A DNA stretch of 32,000 nucleotides from Pyrodictium occultum (lineage in GTDB: Archaea > Thermoproteota > Thermoprotei_A > Sulfolobales > Pyrodictiaceae), in contig NZ_LNTB01000001.1 of assembly GCF_001462395.1 (NCBI RefSeq), forward strand, positions 1,260,001 through 1,292,000, in the 5' to 3' direction. The notes beneath the pieces are model-generated. The model did no database searches. It was given only the letters and a program-made list of their open reading frames with translations, and was not told where the DNA came from. A program made the position numbers and the translations under genes. Shown here piece by piece: positions 9,063-18,416 of this stretch. Positions within the stretch are counted from its first letter, which is position 1; the number at the start of each line of letters is the position of its first letter.

Positions 9063-9846
9063 GCTTAGGGTCAATGTGCTGCCCCCCGCTAGCCTCCAGG
9101 AAGCCTAGACCCTTCCCCCTACGGGTGTAGGCGAGCACCACCGTCGGCCTCCCCGCCACGTCGGCGGCCCTCAGCGCCTCCAGGAACATCTCGTAGTCGT
9201 GGCCGTCGACCTCGATGACGCTCCAGCCTAGACTCCTCCACCTAGCCGCCAGGTCGCCCTTCGTCTTCACAGCCTCCACGGGCCCGTCGAGCTGGAAGCC
9301 GTTAACATCAACGATGGCGACCACGCTCCGGAGCCCGAGGTGGGAGACCGTGGCTGCCGCCTCCCAGACCTGGCCCTCGTCAAGCTCCCCATCGCCCAGT
9401 ATGACGTATACCCGGTGCCTATCCTCCGTCCCGTCAAGCCTCATAGCGTAGGCGATGCCGGCCGCTATGCTGAGGCCCTGGCCGAGGCTCCCGGTGGAGA
9501 CATCGACCCCGCTGGTGGTGAAATCTGGGTGGCCCTCGAGCCCGTCTATAGCCCTTATCTTCTCCAGCTTCTCTTCGGGTATGACACCGGCCTCAGCGAG
9601 AACCGCGTAGAGGGCTGGGACGGCGTGGCCCTTGCTCAGGATGAGCCAGTCCCTCTCGGTAGGCTTCTCCCCGCTCCTCCGGAGCCCCCTGCCGAAGTAG
9701 ATCGCGACCAGTATGTCGAGAACGCTGAGCGAGGCCCCCACGTGCACGCTCCTCTCAACCACGCCCATCCGCACGACGCGGCGGCGGGCGCGGCGGGCTA
9801 TCTCGTGGAGCCTCTCGAGCCGAATTCCAAGGGCATCTCCCCCCAT
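9040..9846 (-). CDS. tkt: Transketolase, N-terminal (TPP-binding) subunit
   Basis: 268 aa with an ATG start. It carries [29 protein letters not shown] and the TPP motif [13 protein letters not shown]. Confidence 0.92.
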   Translation of the reverse strand: MGGDALGIRLERLHEIARRARRRVVRMGVVERSVHVGASLSVLDILVAIYFGRGLRRSGEKPTERDWLILSKGHAVPALYAVLAEAGVIPEEKLEKIRAIDGLEGHPDFTTSGVDVSTGSLGQGLSIAAGIAYAMRLDGTEDRHRVYVILGDGELDEGQVWEAAATVSHLGLRSVVAIVDVNGFQLDGPVEAVKTKGDLAARWRSLGWSVIEVDGHDYEMFLEALRAADVAGRPTVVLAYTRRGKGLGFLEASGGQHIDPKHAGSFTE

Positions 9847-9932
9847 TCCAAGGGCATCACCCAGCCCAGCCTCTAGCTGCGATACAATAGGCGGTCCCCT
9901 CTGCCTCGATTTTATGCTTCATGTCGCGCCAT

Positions 9933-9961
9933 GTTCCCACCGGGGTGGGAACGGTATAAAG
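9933..9961 (+). promoter_or_regulatory. Promoter of the DAHP synthase-aroB-aroD operon: TATA box (TATAAA, 9955-9960) directly preceded by a 9+2+9 perfect palindrome
   Basis: GTTCCCACC-gg-GGTGGGAAC (9933-9952) is followed by ggTATAAAg. An SD-like GAGGTG at 10013-10018 lies 9 nt before the ATG at 10028. Confidence 0.55.
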
Positions 9962-10027
9962 TTCTTTCGCGCGCCCGGGGACACGGGGCCAGAGCCCCCG
10001 GAGAGCTGGAGAGAGGTGGAACCACTC

Positions 10028-10846
10028 ATGGACTGTAGGCTCGTCCTCCGGGAGCACGGGGAGCCGGTGCGCTTCCATATACGCGGCGTCGAGGTCAACG
10101 GTGACAAGCCCCTCATAATAGCGGGTCCCTGCAGCGTCGAGAGCAGGGAGATGATAATAGAGACCGCCATGGCTATAAAGAGGATACTCGTCGACGAGCT
10201 GGGCTTCACCAATGTGGTGCTCCGGGGAGGCGCCTGGAAGCCCCGCACGAGCCCCTACAGCTTCCAGGGCCATGGCGCCAGGGCGCTTGAATGGCTCCGC
10301 GAGGCCGGCGACAAGACGGGGCTCCCCGTCGCCACCGAGGTGTTGGATCCGAGGGACGTGGGGACTGCGGCGGAGTACGTTGACGCGATATGGGTGGGGG
10401 CCCGGAATATGCAGAACACCCCGCTCCTCCGCGAGCTGGCCAAGGCAGGGAAGCCCGTGCTCCTCAAGAGGCACTTCGGCGCCACGATAAACGAGTGGCT
10501 CTGCAGCGCCGAGTACCTCCTAGCCGGCGGCCTGGAGGAGGTGGCACTGATAGAGAGGGGGACGAGGGGGATAAACGAGTACGCCCGCTTCACCCTCGAC
10601 ATAACCGTGGTGCCAATAATAAGGGAGGTCTCGAGGCTGCCCATAATAGTCGACGTGAGCCACCCCGCAGGCCGCCGCAGCCTAGTCCCGCCCCTGGCCA
10701 AGGCAGCCCTCGCGGCGGGAGCCCATGGGGTGATGATAGAGGTCCACCCCAGCCCCGACAAGGCGCTGAGCGACGCGAAGCAGCAGCTCAGCTTCGATAT
10801 GTTCGAGAAGCTCGCCAGGGAGCTGAGAGGTGCCGGGCTGATATGA
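10028..10846 (+). CDS. aroF: 3-deoxy-7-phosphoheptulonate (DAHP) synthase, class I-beta, without a regulatory extension
   Basis: The ATG at 10028 gives [12 protein letters not shown]..., followed by [30 protein letters not shown] and VDVSHPAG. The track start at 9713 lies in the divergent promoter region. Confidence 0.9.
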   Translation: MDCRLVLREHGEPVRFHIRGVEVNGDKPLIIAGPCSVESREMIIETAMAIKRILVDELGFTNVVLRGGAWKPRTSPYSFQGHGARALEWLREAGDKTGLPVATEVLDPRDVGTAAEYVDAIWVGARNMQNTPLLRELAKAGKPVLLKRHFGATINEWLCSAEYLLAGGLEEVALIERGTRGINEYARFTLDITVVPIIREVSRLPIIVDVSHPAGRRSLVPPLAKAALAAGAHGVMIEVHPSPDKALSDAKQQLSFDMFEKLARELRGAGLI

Positions 10847-11958
10847 GCCTCGAGAGGAGCCGCTGGAGGGTAGAGGACAGCATAGAGGTTGAGATTGTTG
10901 TCGGCCCCGGAGCCCGCCGGGAGCTGGGCCGGCTAGCCCGGGAGGCGGGCCCCTACTCCGCCGCAGCCCTCGTGGCGGACGGGGGCGCGCCCAGGGGCCC
11001 CCTACGCGACTTAGCCGAGGCGCTGCGCGCCGCGGGGCTCCCCGTCTACGAGAAGACGCTCCCGGGAGGCGAGGGGGTCAAGAACCTCGAAACCCTCGTC
11101 GGCCTCTGGGGCTGGATGGCGGGGCACGGGCTCCCCAGGGACACGCTCCTAGTCGCCTACGGCGGGGGAGCGGTCTCCGACACCGCGGGCTTCGCCGCCG
11201 CCACCTACATGAGGGGCATAGACTGGGCCACGGTGCCGACAACCCTCCTCTCTATGGCCGACGCCGCGGTAGGCGGGAAGACAGCGGTCAACCTCTCAGC
11301 CAAGAATATCGTCGGCGCGTTTCACCACCCGAGGATAGTACTGGCCGACGTGGAGCTCGCAGAGACCCTGCCCAGGGAGGACTATGTCTCCGGCCTCGCG
11401 GAGGTAGTGAAGCACGCCCTCCTAGAGGGGAGAGAGTTCCTAGACTGGCTCCGCCGCAGCGCCGGGCGCCTCCTGGAGCGCGACCTCGCCGTGCTCACCG
11501 AGGCTGTCAGGAGGAGCCTCGACGCGAAGATGAGGATAGTGGCCAGGGACTATAGGGAGAGAAAGGGGGACAGGATGCTCCTCAACCTGGGCCACACGGT
11601 GGCCCACGCGCTGGAGAAGGCCACGGGCTACACGATGCGTCACGGCCACGCGGTAGCCGTGGGCCTCGTTGTGGAGGGTATAGCGGCCTCCCTTAAACTG
11701 GGCCTGCCCAGGGAGACGGTGGAGGAGGTCAGGGAGCTGCTCGCCAGCCTAGGCCTCCCCATCGCGCCACCACGGGAGCTAGACCCGAGGAGCGCTTTGG
11801 AGGCGGTGAAGCTGGACAAGAAGAGGCGCGGCGGCCGCATACTGGTCCCCATGCTCCGCGCCGTGGGCGACCCGGTGATAGTCGAGATGGAGCTTGGGGA
11901 GGCGCTGAGCCTCCTAGAGGAGGCGTGGAGGATTGCGGCGGGGGCCGGCGGGGAGTAG
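10843..11958 (+). CDS. aroB: 3-dehydroquinate synthase
   Basis: The ATG at 10843 overlaps the aroF stop (ATGA). Motifs seen: [40 protein letters not shown] and [12 protein letters not shown]. Confidence 0.92.
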   Translation: MSLERSRWRVEDSIEVEIVVGPGARRELGRLAREAGPYSAAALVADGGAPRGPLRDLAEALRAAGLPVYEKTLPGGEGVKNLETLVGLWGWMAGHGLPRDTLLVAYGGGAVSDTAGFAAATYMRGIDWATVPTTLLSMADAAVGGKTAVNLSAKNIVGAFHHPRIVLADVELAETLPREDYVSGLAEVVKHALLEGREFLDWLRRSAGRLLERDLAVLTEAVRRSLDAKMRIVARDYRERKGDRMLLNLGHTVAHALEKATGYTMRHGHAVAVGLVVEGIAASLKLGLPRETVEEVRELLASLGLPIAPPRELDPRSALEAVKLDKKRRGGRILVPMLRAVGDPVIVEMELGEALSLLEEAWRIAAGAGGE

Positions 11959-12637
11959 CCTCCTGGAGAGGGTGGCCTGCATACCCAGGCCCGCGCCGCC
12001 GGGGAGGCTCGCGGAGGAGGCCCTCTCGGCCGGCTGCAGGCTCGTCGAGCTGAGGCTCGACATCCTAGGCTACAGCCGCGCCGAGGCCCGCCAGGCGCTG
12101 GAGAGGCTGTCCCCGCACGGGGTGCGCGTCATAGCCACCCTCCGCGACGCGGGGGAGGGAGGCCGCTACAGCGGCCCCGCCGAGGAGAAGCTGGAGACGC
12201 TCCTCTACATGCTCGACCACGGCGCCTGGCTGATAGATGTGGAGTACCGGTTCCCCCTGCTAGACGAGGCCCTCCGCCAGGCCCCCGGCCGGGTGCTCGC
12301 CTCGATCCACGACTTCCGCTGGACCCCGCCCCCGGAGGTGCTCTACAGCTACGCCGGCGACATGCTGCGCCGGGGCGCCGCGGTGGCGAAGATAGCTACC
12401 ATGGCCCGGAGCCTGGGGGACAACTGGAGGATCCTCGGCGTCAACGCCAGGTGGCCGGGCAGGGTGGCAGCCTTCGCCATGGGGAGGCGCGGGAGGCTCT
12501 CAAGGATACTGGCCCCCTTGATAGGCGGGGCCCTCACCTATGCTAGCCTCGGCGACCCGGTGGCGCCGGGCCAGCTGTCCCTGGAGGAGCTGCTCGAGGC
12601 CTGGAGGCTCATGGGCGTGCTGGGGGAGGAGGCCTAG
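11933..12637 (+). CDS. aroD: 3-dehydroquinate dehydratase, type I
   Basis: VACIPRP...CRLVELRLD... has the AroD type I pattern. The start is either the TTG at 11933 (overlapping aroB) or the GTG at 11972, 13 nt after the aroB stop. I cannot decide between them from sequence. Confidence 0.82.
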   Translation: MRRGPAGSSLLERVACIPRPAPPGRLAEEALSAGCRLVELRLDILGYSRAEARQALERLSPHGVRVIATLRDAGEGGRYSGPAEEKLETLLYMLDHGAWLIDVEYRFPLLDEALRQAPGRVLASIHDFRWTPPPEVLYSYAGDMLRRGAAVAKIATMARSLGDNWRILGVNARWPGRVAAFAMGRRGRLSRILAPLIGGALTYASLGDPVAPGQLSLEELLEAWRLMGVLGEEA

Positions 12638-13125
12638 CCGGGCTCGATGTCGAAGGGTAGCTCTAGCAGCCTCTTGCTCCTCCTGAACCTCGGCTTCCCC
12701 AGGGATAGGCGGCCTATGCATCCGGTGCTGGCTGTGTGCTCCTTGTTGCACGCGTTTATGTTCCATATCCCGCCCCCGGGGTCCCTTATCAGGACTATGC
12801 TGAGCTCCTGCACGTCCTCGGGCACCGGGAAGAGATCGTATATCGCATCCCCGTACCTCTCCTCGGCCTCCCTCCTAGGAAGGGTTACCACCTCCACTGG
12901 AAGGTCCCACTCCACCGTCTTGTTTGCCAGCTCCTCTATCCTGGCCAGCTCCTCGGGGCTGGGCTTCCTGTCGAACTGGACCACGAGCCTCCCATGGCCC
13001 CCCTTGACGTAGGTGGAGGCCGTCCACCTGGCGGCCTCGCCCAGGACCCGGACGACAGCCCCCTTCAGCACGTGGAGAGCTGTGTGGGTGCGCACCTCTA
13101 CCGGGTAGGAGCCCGTGCAGCCCAA
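12634..13125 (-). CDS. alaX: Alanyl-tRNA editing protein AlaX-S (Thr/Ala-tRNA synthetase second additional domain)
   Basis: [16 protein letters not shown] is an HxxxH zinc motif, and [12 protein letters not shown] is the C-terminal C...H motif. The proposed TTG start at 13125 is preceded by GGGAGG. The track start at 13287 would overlap lpd and add an Arg/Pro/Gly-rich extension. Confidence 0.75.
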   Translation of the reverse strand: MGCTGSYPVEVRTHTALHVLKGAVVRVLGEAARWTASTYVKGGHGRLVVQFDRKPSPEELARIEELANKTVEWDLPVEVVTLPRREAEERYGDAIYDLFPVPEDVQELSIVLIRDPGGGIWNINACNKEHTASTGCIGRLSLGKPRFRRSKRLLELPFDIEPG

Positions 13126-13215
13126 TCCCTCCCAGCCTCCCGCGCGCCCACCTCGGTGGGGGAGCCCTGTTAATACCGGCAGCCCCCGGGGCCGGAGGGG
13201 CTGGGTACGGTCTGG

Positions 13216-14592
13216 TTGCCCGGCTCCAGGCGCTACGACCTCGTCGTGGTCGGAGGGGGCCCCGGCGGCTACCCCGCGGCGATCCACGCCGCCCGGGCCG
13301 GCCTACGGGTGGCGCTGGTCGAGGAGCGGGCGCTGGGGGGAGAGTGCACCAACTATGGCTGCATACCCAGTAAGGCCCTCCACAGGCTCGCCGAGGCGGC
13401 CAGCGTTGCCTCGAGGATAGCCCGGGTCGAGGTAGACGCCCGCAAGGCCCTGGAGGAGGCTAGGAGGGTTGTGGCGAGGCTCCGCTCCGGCCTCGAGAGC
13501 CTCATGGAGGGCTACGGGGTTGAGGTCCTGCGGGCCCGCGCCAGGCTCCGCAGCGGCCGCGCAGTAGAGGCGGGGGGCAGCGTCCTGGAGGCGGAGCGTA
13601 TAGTGCTCGCTCCGGGCACGGTGCCCGCCTATCCCCCGGGCCTGGAGCCCGACGGCCGCCTAGTCCATGATAATAGGAGCATAGTCTCCCTCGAGGACCT
13701 GCCCTCTAGGCTGCTTGTTGTGGGCGGCGGCCCGGCGGGCGTAGAGTACGCCGAGACCATGGCCAGGCTGGGGGCCGAGGTAACCCTTGTCGAGATGATG
13801 CCCAGGCTCCTCCCGAGCATGGACCGCGACCTCTCCCTGGCCGCGCGCCGCGTCCTCCGCGAGCTGGGCGTGAGGGTCTACACCTCGACGCGTGTAGCCG
13901 GCCTCGAGAGGCACGGGGACACGGTGGTAGCTGTGCTTGATAAGGGGGAGAGGCTGGAGGTCGACGCCGTCCTCGTGGTCACGGGGAGGAGGCCCGCCAC
14001 CAGGGGGCTGGGCCTCGAGGAGCTGGGAGTAGAGGTGGACGAGAAGGGCTACATAAGGGTGGACGAGAGAATGGCCACCAGCGCCCCCGGGGTCTACGCG
14101 GCGGGCGACGCTACCGGGCCGCCGCTCCTGGCCCACAAGGCTATGGCCCAGTCCATAGTGGCGGGGGTCAACGCGGCCGGCGGCAACGCCGCTTACAAGC
14201 CCCGGGCGGTGCCACTCGTTGTCTACACCGAGCCGGAGCTGCTCCAGGTAGGCTATACGCTCGAGGAGGCCAGGAGAGCGGGTTACGACGCCGCGGAGGC
14301 CCGGATAAGGCTGGGGGGAGTGGCCTCCGCGGTGATAGAGGGCGCTGAGGCGGGCCTGGTGAAGCTCGTCTATGACAGGCGCAGCCTCAAGCTACTGGGG
14401 GTGGTGATTGCGGCGCCCCGGGCCTCGGAGATCGCCGGCGAGGCGGCGCTCGCGGTGGAGAGGGGCCTCACGCTGGAGGAGGTTGCCGGCCTCATCCACC
14501 CCCATCCATCCCTGGTGGAGGCGCTGGGGGAGGCGGCTGCGGCCGCGCTCGGGAGGCCGACCCACTACCTGGTGAAGAGGCGGGGCCGCTAG
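13216..14592 (+). CDS. lpd: Dihydrolipoyl dehydrogenase-like class I pyridine nucleotide-disulfide oxidoreductase
   Basis: 458 aa with a TTG start. Motifs seen: FAD-binding [12 protein letters not shown], redox disulfide [16 protein letters not shown]-binding [25 protein letters not shown], and the C-terminal interface [10 protein letters not shown]. Confidence 0.85.
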   Translation: MPGSRRYDLVVVGGGPGGYPAAIHAARAGLRVALVEERALGGECTNYGCIPSKALHRLAEAASVASRIARVEVDARKALEEARRVVARLRSGLESLMEGYGVEVLRARARLRSGRAVEAGGSVLEAERIVLAPGTVPAYPPGLEPDGRLVHDNRSIVSLEDLPSRLLVVGGGPAGVEYAETMARLGAEVTLVEMMPRLLPSMDRDLSLAARRVLRELGVRVYTSTRVAGLERHGDTVVAVLDKGERLEVDAVLVVTGRRPATRGLGLEELGVEVDEKGYIRVDERMATSAPGVYAAGDATGPPLLAHKAMAQSIVAGVNAAGGNAAYKPRAVPLVVYTEPELLQVGYTLEEARRAGYDAAEARIRLGGVASAVIEGAEAGLVKLVYDRRSLKLLGVVIAAPRASEIAGEAALAVERGLTLEEVAGLIHPHPSLVEALGEAAAAALGRPTHYLVKRRGR

Positions 14593-14593
14593 G

Positions 14594-14601
14594 CTTTAAT
14601 A
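14594..14601 (+). promoter_or_regulatory. TATA box (CTTTAATA) of the trp operon
   Basis: It lies immediately after the lpd stop (14590-14592). The first in-frame ATG of trpA is at 14649, about 50 nt downstream. Confidence 0.55.
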
Positions 14602-14648
14602 GTGGGAGCCCCGTGGGCCTGCCAGGCCTGGACCCTGATCCCTGGGCG

Positions 14649-15437
14649 ATGGAGGGAGGGCGTGATGGAGCGCCAATGGCTTTGAGCCGGCCGGGGTTCA
14701 GCGTCTACCTGACCATCGGGTTCCCCGAGCCGGCCCGGTTCCCCCAGGCCCTCGAGGCCCTCGAGGCCTGTGTCGACTTCTACGAGCTCGGCCTGCCCAC
14801 GGCGAGGCCCAAGTACGACGGCCCGACGGTGCGCGCTAGCCATAGGCGCGTCGTGGCGAGGGGCCTCCGGGGCCTAGAGGCGCTGAGGCTCCTTGAGAGG
14901 ACCAGTGTGGGGAAGCCATTCACCCTAATGGCCTACATGGAGGACTATGCTGGGAGCCTGCGGGGCCTCATGGAGGCCGCTGCCAGCGCTGGCGCGGGCT
15001 GCGTGCTGCTGCCCGACCTAGCCTTCGACTACCCCGGCGAGCTGGACCGCTACGTCGAGGAGAGCGAGAGGGCCGGGCTCCGGCCCTGCTTCTTCGCCTC
15101 CAGCAGGTTCCCCCACGCCTGGCTCCAGCGCTACGCGGCCCTCGACCCGCTCTACATCTACCTAGGCCTCCAGCCCGCCACCGGTGTGGAGCTGCCGATA
15201 GCGGTGGAGAAGAACGTGAGGCTCGCCAGGAGGCTTGTCGGCGACCGCTACCTGCTCACCGGCTTCGCCATCCGCCACCCGGAGGCAGCCGCCGCCCTGA
15301 TACGCGCCGGCGCCGACGCCGTGGTAGTGGGCTCGGCGGTGCTGCGCGCCCTGGAGGAGGGAGGCGTCGAGGAGGCCAGGGGGCTGGCCTGCAGCATCCA
15401 CCGGGCTGTCCACAGCGCTGCCCGCGGGGCTGCGTAG
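14649..15437 (+). CDS. trpA: Tryptophan synthase alpha chain
   Basis: FYELGLPTARPKYDGPTVRASH corresponds to the E-x-G-x-P-x-S-D-P-x-ADGP region, followed by GFAIRHPE and VVVGSAV. An alternative ATG is at 14676. The GTG at 14613 falls too close to the TATA box. Confidence 0.88.
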   Translation: MEGGRDGAPMALSRPGFSVYLTIGFPEPARFPQALEALEACVDFYELGLPTARPKYDGPTVRASHRRVVARGLRGLEALRLLERTSVGKPFTLMAYMEDYAGSLRGLMEAAASAGAGCVLLPDLAFDYPGELDRYVEESERAGLRPCFFASSRFPHAWLQRYAALDPLYIYLGLQPATGVELPIAVEKNVRLARRLVGDRYLLTGFAIRHPEAAAALIRAGADAVVVGSAVLRALEEGGVEEARGLACSIHRAVHSAARGAA

Positions 15438-15439
15438 CC

Positions 15440-16735
15440 GTGGTGCCCAGGTACTGGTACAACATTGTGGCGGATCTCCCGGAGCCGCTGCCGCCCCTCA
15501 TCGACCCGCTCGACGACGAGGAGTCGAGGATAGCGCTGCTGGTGAGGATACTCCCCTCCAGGCTGATAGACGAGGAGTACACGCTGAGCAGGCTCATCCC
15601 GATACCAGAGAGGATACGCGAGGCCTACGCCAGGGCGGGGAGGCCTACCCCGCTGCTCCGCGCCGAGGGGCTGGAGAGGGCGCTGGGCGTGAGCGGGAGG
15701 GTGAGGATCTACTACAAGTACGAGGGCGCCCTGCCCACGGGGAGCCATAAGCTGAACACGGCGCTACCCCAGGTCTACTACGCGCTCCTGGACGGAGCGG
15801 AGGAGGTGGCCACCGAGACGGGGGCGGGCCAGTGGGGCCTCGCGGTCGCCACAGCGGCGGCCATGCTGGGTGTCAAGGCGACGGTGTTCATGACTAGGAG
15901 CAGCTACGAGCGGAAGAAGCCCAGGAGGCTCGCAATGCAGGCCATGGGCGCCACGGTGTACCCCAGCCCCAGCAGGGTCACCGAGGCTGGGAGGAGGGCG
16001 CTGGAGGAGAGGCCCGACCACCCCGGTAGCCTGGGCCTCGCCATAACGGAGGCTATAGAGTACGTGCTTGGGAACCCCAAGCGCCGCTACGTAGCCGGCT
16101 CAGTCATGGAGAGCGTCGTTACCCACCAGACGGTGATAGGCCAGGAGGTTCTCCAGCAGCTGCCGGAGGAGCCGGACTACATGGTAGCCTGCGTCGGCGG
16201 AGGCAGCAACCTGGCCGGGTTCACCTACCCCGCTATAGGGATGAGGCTCCGCGGCGAGGGCTTCGAGAAGACCCGCTTCGTGGCGGCTGAGTCGGCGGCA
16301 GCCCCCCGGCTGACGAAGGGGAGCTACAGGTACGACGGCCTAGACACCGGCCTGGTCCTCCCCCTGGCGAGGATGTACAGCCTCGGCAAGGACTACGTGC
16401 CGCCCCCGATACACGCTGCCGGGCTCCGCTACCACGGGGCCGCCGCGAGCCTCTCGCTGCTGCGCAGGCTCGGTCTGGTGGAGGCCGTGGCCTACGGCCA
16501 GGAGGAGGTGTTCGAGGCGGCCCGGATCTTCGCCCGCTCCGAGGCCCTGCTCCCGGCGCCGGAGAGCGCCCACGCGATAAGGGCTGTGATCGACATCGCC
16601 CGCCGCGCGCCCAAGGGCACGGTGATAGCTTTCAACCTCAGCGGCCACGGGCTCATGGATATCGACGCCTACGAGACTCTCTCCTCCAGGATAGTCGAGG
16701 GCAGGCTCCCCGAGCCCACGGGGACCAGGAGGTGA
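15440..16735 (+). CDS. trpB: Tryptophan synthase beta chain, TrpB2 type
   Basis: 431 aa with a GTG start 2 nt after the trpA stop. It has the TrpB2-type N-terminus (PRYWYNIVADLPEPLPP), the PLP lysine context (LPTGSHKLNTAL), and GGGSNLAG. The length is that of TrpB2 rather than TrpB1. Confidence 0.9.
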   Translation: MVPRYWYNIVADLPEPLPPLIDPLDDEESRIALLVRILPSRLIDEEYTLSRLIPIPERIREAYARAGRPTPLLRAEGLERALGVSGRVRIYYKYEGALPTGSHKLNTALPQVYYALLDGAEEVATETGAGQWGLAVATAAAMLGVKATVFMTRSSYERKKPRRLAMQAMGATVYPSPSRVTEAGRRALEERPDHPGSLGLAITEAIEYVLGNPKRRYVAGSVMESVVTHQTVIGQEVLQQLPEEPDYMVACVGGGSNLAGFTYPAIGMRLRGEGFEKTRFVAAESAAAPRLTKGSYRYDGLDTGLVLPLARMYSLGKDYVPPPIHAAGLRYHGAAASLSLLRRLGLVEAVAYGQEEVFEAARIFARSEALLPAPESAHAIRAVIDIARRAPKGTVIAFNLSGHGLMDIDAYETLSSRIVEGRLPEPTGTRR

Positions 16736-17772
16736 CCGCGGCTGTGGCCGACCTCCCCAGGCTGCTGGAGGACCTGCTCTCCGGCCGCGGCATGGGCTTC
16801 GAGGAGGCCAGGAGCGTCGCCCTAGAGATGCTCCGGGGCGGCCTGGACGACGTGGCTATAGCGGCGATACTGGTCGCCCTGAGGGCCAAGGGCGAGACAG
16901 CGGAGACGGTGGCGGGCTTCTCGGCAGCGCTGCGCGAGACCTGCGTGAAGGTGCCCGCCGGGGGCCTGGAGCCGATAGACACCGCCGGCACCGGCGGAGA
17001 CGGGGCCCACACGCTCAACGCCTCCACCGCGGCCGCGATAGTCGCCGCTAGCCTGGGCGCCAGGGTGGCCAAGCACGGTAACCGCGGCGTGAGCAGCAGG
17101 AGCGGGAGCGCCGACTTCATGGAGGCCCTGGGCTACCGGATCGACCACGGCCCCGCCGAGGCCGCCTGCATGCTCAGCCGCGCCGGCTTCGCCTTCCTCT
17201 ACGCGCCCCGCTACCACCCGGCAATGAAGAGGGTGATGCCGGTCCGCAGGAGGCTCGGGATAAGGACGGTCTTCAACCTTGTGGGCCCCCTCTCCAACCC
17301 CGCCGGGGTGCGCCGCCAGGTGCTCGGCGTCGCGAGGCCCGAGCTGCTCGAGGTCATGGCGGGGGCGGCCCGGCTGCTGGGCTACGAGAGGCTCCTCCTG
17401 GTCCACGGCGAGCCAGGGATAGACGAGGTCAGCGTCTCCGGCAGGACCACCGTCTACGAGATCCGGGGCGGCAGGGTGGAGGAGTACAGCATAGAGCCCG
17501 AGGACCTGGGGCTCGGCCGCCACCGGCTGGCGGACCTCCGGGTGGAGGCGCCCGGGGAGAGCGTGGAGCGCTTCCTAGCCGTGGCCCGCGGCGCCGGGAG
17601 GAGGCAGGACCGCGACTTCATAGCAGCCAACGCGGCCGCGGCAATCTACGCTGCAGGGCTGGCGGGGAGCCTCAGGGACGCCGCCGAGCAGGCCCTCCAG
17701 GCCCTCGGGGACGGCACAGTGGCGGCCTACCTTGAGAGGCTCGTGGAGGCCTGCAGGGCTTGCTGCGGCTAA
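16732..17772 (+). CDS. trpD: Anthranilate phosphoribosyltransferase
   Basis: The GTG start overlaps the trpB stop (GTGA). Motifs seen: DTAGTGGDGAHTLNASTAAAIVAASLG, KHGNRGVSSRSGSADFMEALG. Confidence 0.93.
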   Translation: MTAAVADLPRLLEDLLSGRGMGFEEARSVALEMLRGGLDDVAIAAILVALRAKGETAETVAGFSAALRETCVKVPAGGLEPIDTAGTGGDGAHTLNASTAAAIVAASLGARVAKHGNRGVSSRSGSADFMEALGYRIDHGPAEAACMLSRAGFAFLYAPRYHPAMKRVMPVRRRLGIRTVFNLVGPLSNPAGVRRQVLGVARPELLEVMAGAARLLGYERLLLVHGEPGIDEVSVSGRTTVYEIRGGRVEEYSIEPEDLGLGRHRLADLRVEAPGESVERFLAVARGAGRRQDRDFIAANAAAAIYAAGLAGSLRDAAEQALQALGDGTVAAYLERLVEACRACCG

Positions 17773-18416
17773 AGATCTGCGGGCTCACCCGGCCAGAGGA
17801 CGTGGAGGCGCTCGACGGCGCCGCCGACTACCTGGGCTTCGTGGTCGCCCCGTCGAGGCTGAGCCCCCGCGTGCTGAGCCCCGGGGAGGCCAGGAGCCTG
17901 GCCGAGACCGTGTCTAGGAGCCGCCCCGTCCTGGTGGCGGCCGGCTATGGGCCCCGCGACGCAGTGGAGCTGGCGGCGAGGCTCGAGGCGTTCAGGGTGC
18001 TCCAGTACCACGAGCCCGCGGGCCCCGAGGTGCTCGCCGGCCTGGCCAGGGAGCTGGGCTCGATAGGAGTCTCCCTGGCCCCCGTCTCCCTCTGGGACGG
18101 CAGGAGGCTGAGCCCAGACCCCTGCGAGGCGGCGACCGTGGCGCCGGGGCACGAGTACCTCCTAGTGGACGCCGTCAAGGGGCTGGGCCTCCGCTACGCC
18201 GGGGGCCTGAGGGCGCCCCTCGAGGCGTACCTCCGGGCGGCAGTGTGCAGCAGCCGCGCGGCAGCCGCCGGCGGGGTGGTGCCGGAGAACGCCTGCCTCG
18301 TCGCCTCCACCGGGGTCTCGATGCTCGACGTGAGCAGCGGCGTCGAGGCCGAGCCGGGCCGCAAGGACCTCTCCAGGGTGGAGAAGCTGCTGGAGGTGCT
18401 GCGCTCATGCAGCTAG
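17760..18416 (+). CDS. trpF: Phosphoribosylanthranilate isomerase
   Basis: TTG start with a 13-nt overlap with trpD. The LKICGLTRPEDV N-terminus and the ~218-aa length fit TrpF. Confidence 0.85.
   Translation: MLRLKICGLTRPEDVEALDGAADYLGFVVAPSRLSPRVLSPGEARSLAETVSRSRPVLVAAGYGPRDAVELAARLEAFRVLQYHEPAGPEVLAGLARELGSIGVSLAPVSLWDGRRLSPDPCEAATVAPGHEYLLVDAVKGLGLRYAGGLRAPLEAYLRAAVCSSRAAAAGGVVPENACLVASTGVSMLDVSSGVEAEPGRKDLSRVEKLLEVLRSCS

Noticed and set aside
14622-14631. Perfect 10-bp palindrome CCAGGCCTGG just downstream of the trp TATA box, considered as a candidate operator.
   Set aside because: Five-bp half-sites with no spacer are expected dozens of times by chance in 32 kb of GC-rich DNA. There is not enough information to call it, though it could be revisited if it is conserved.
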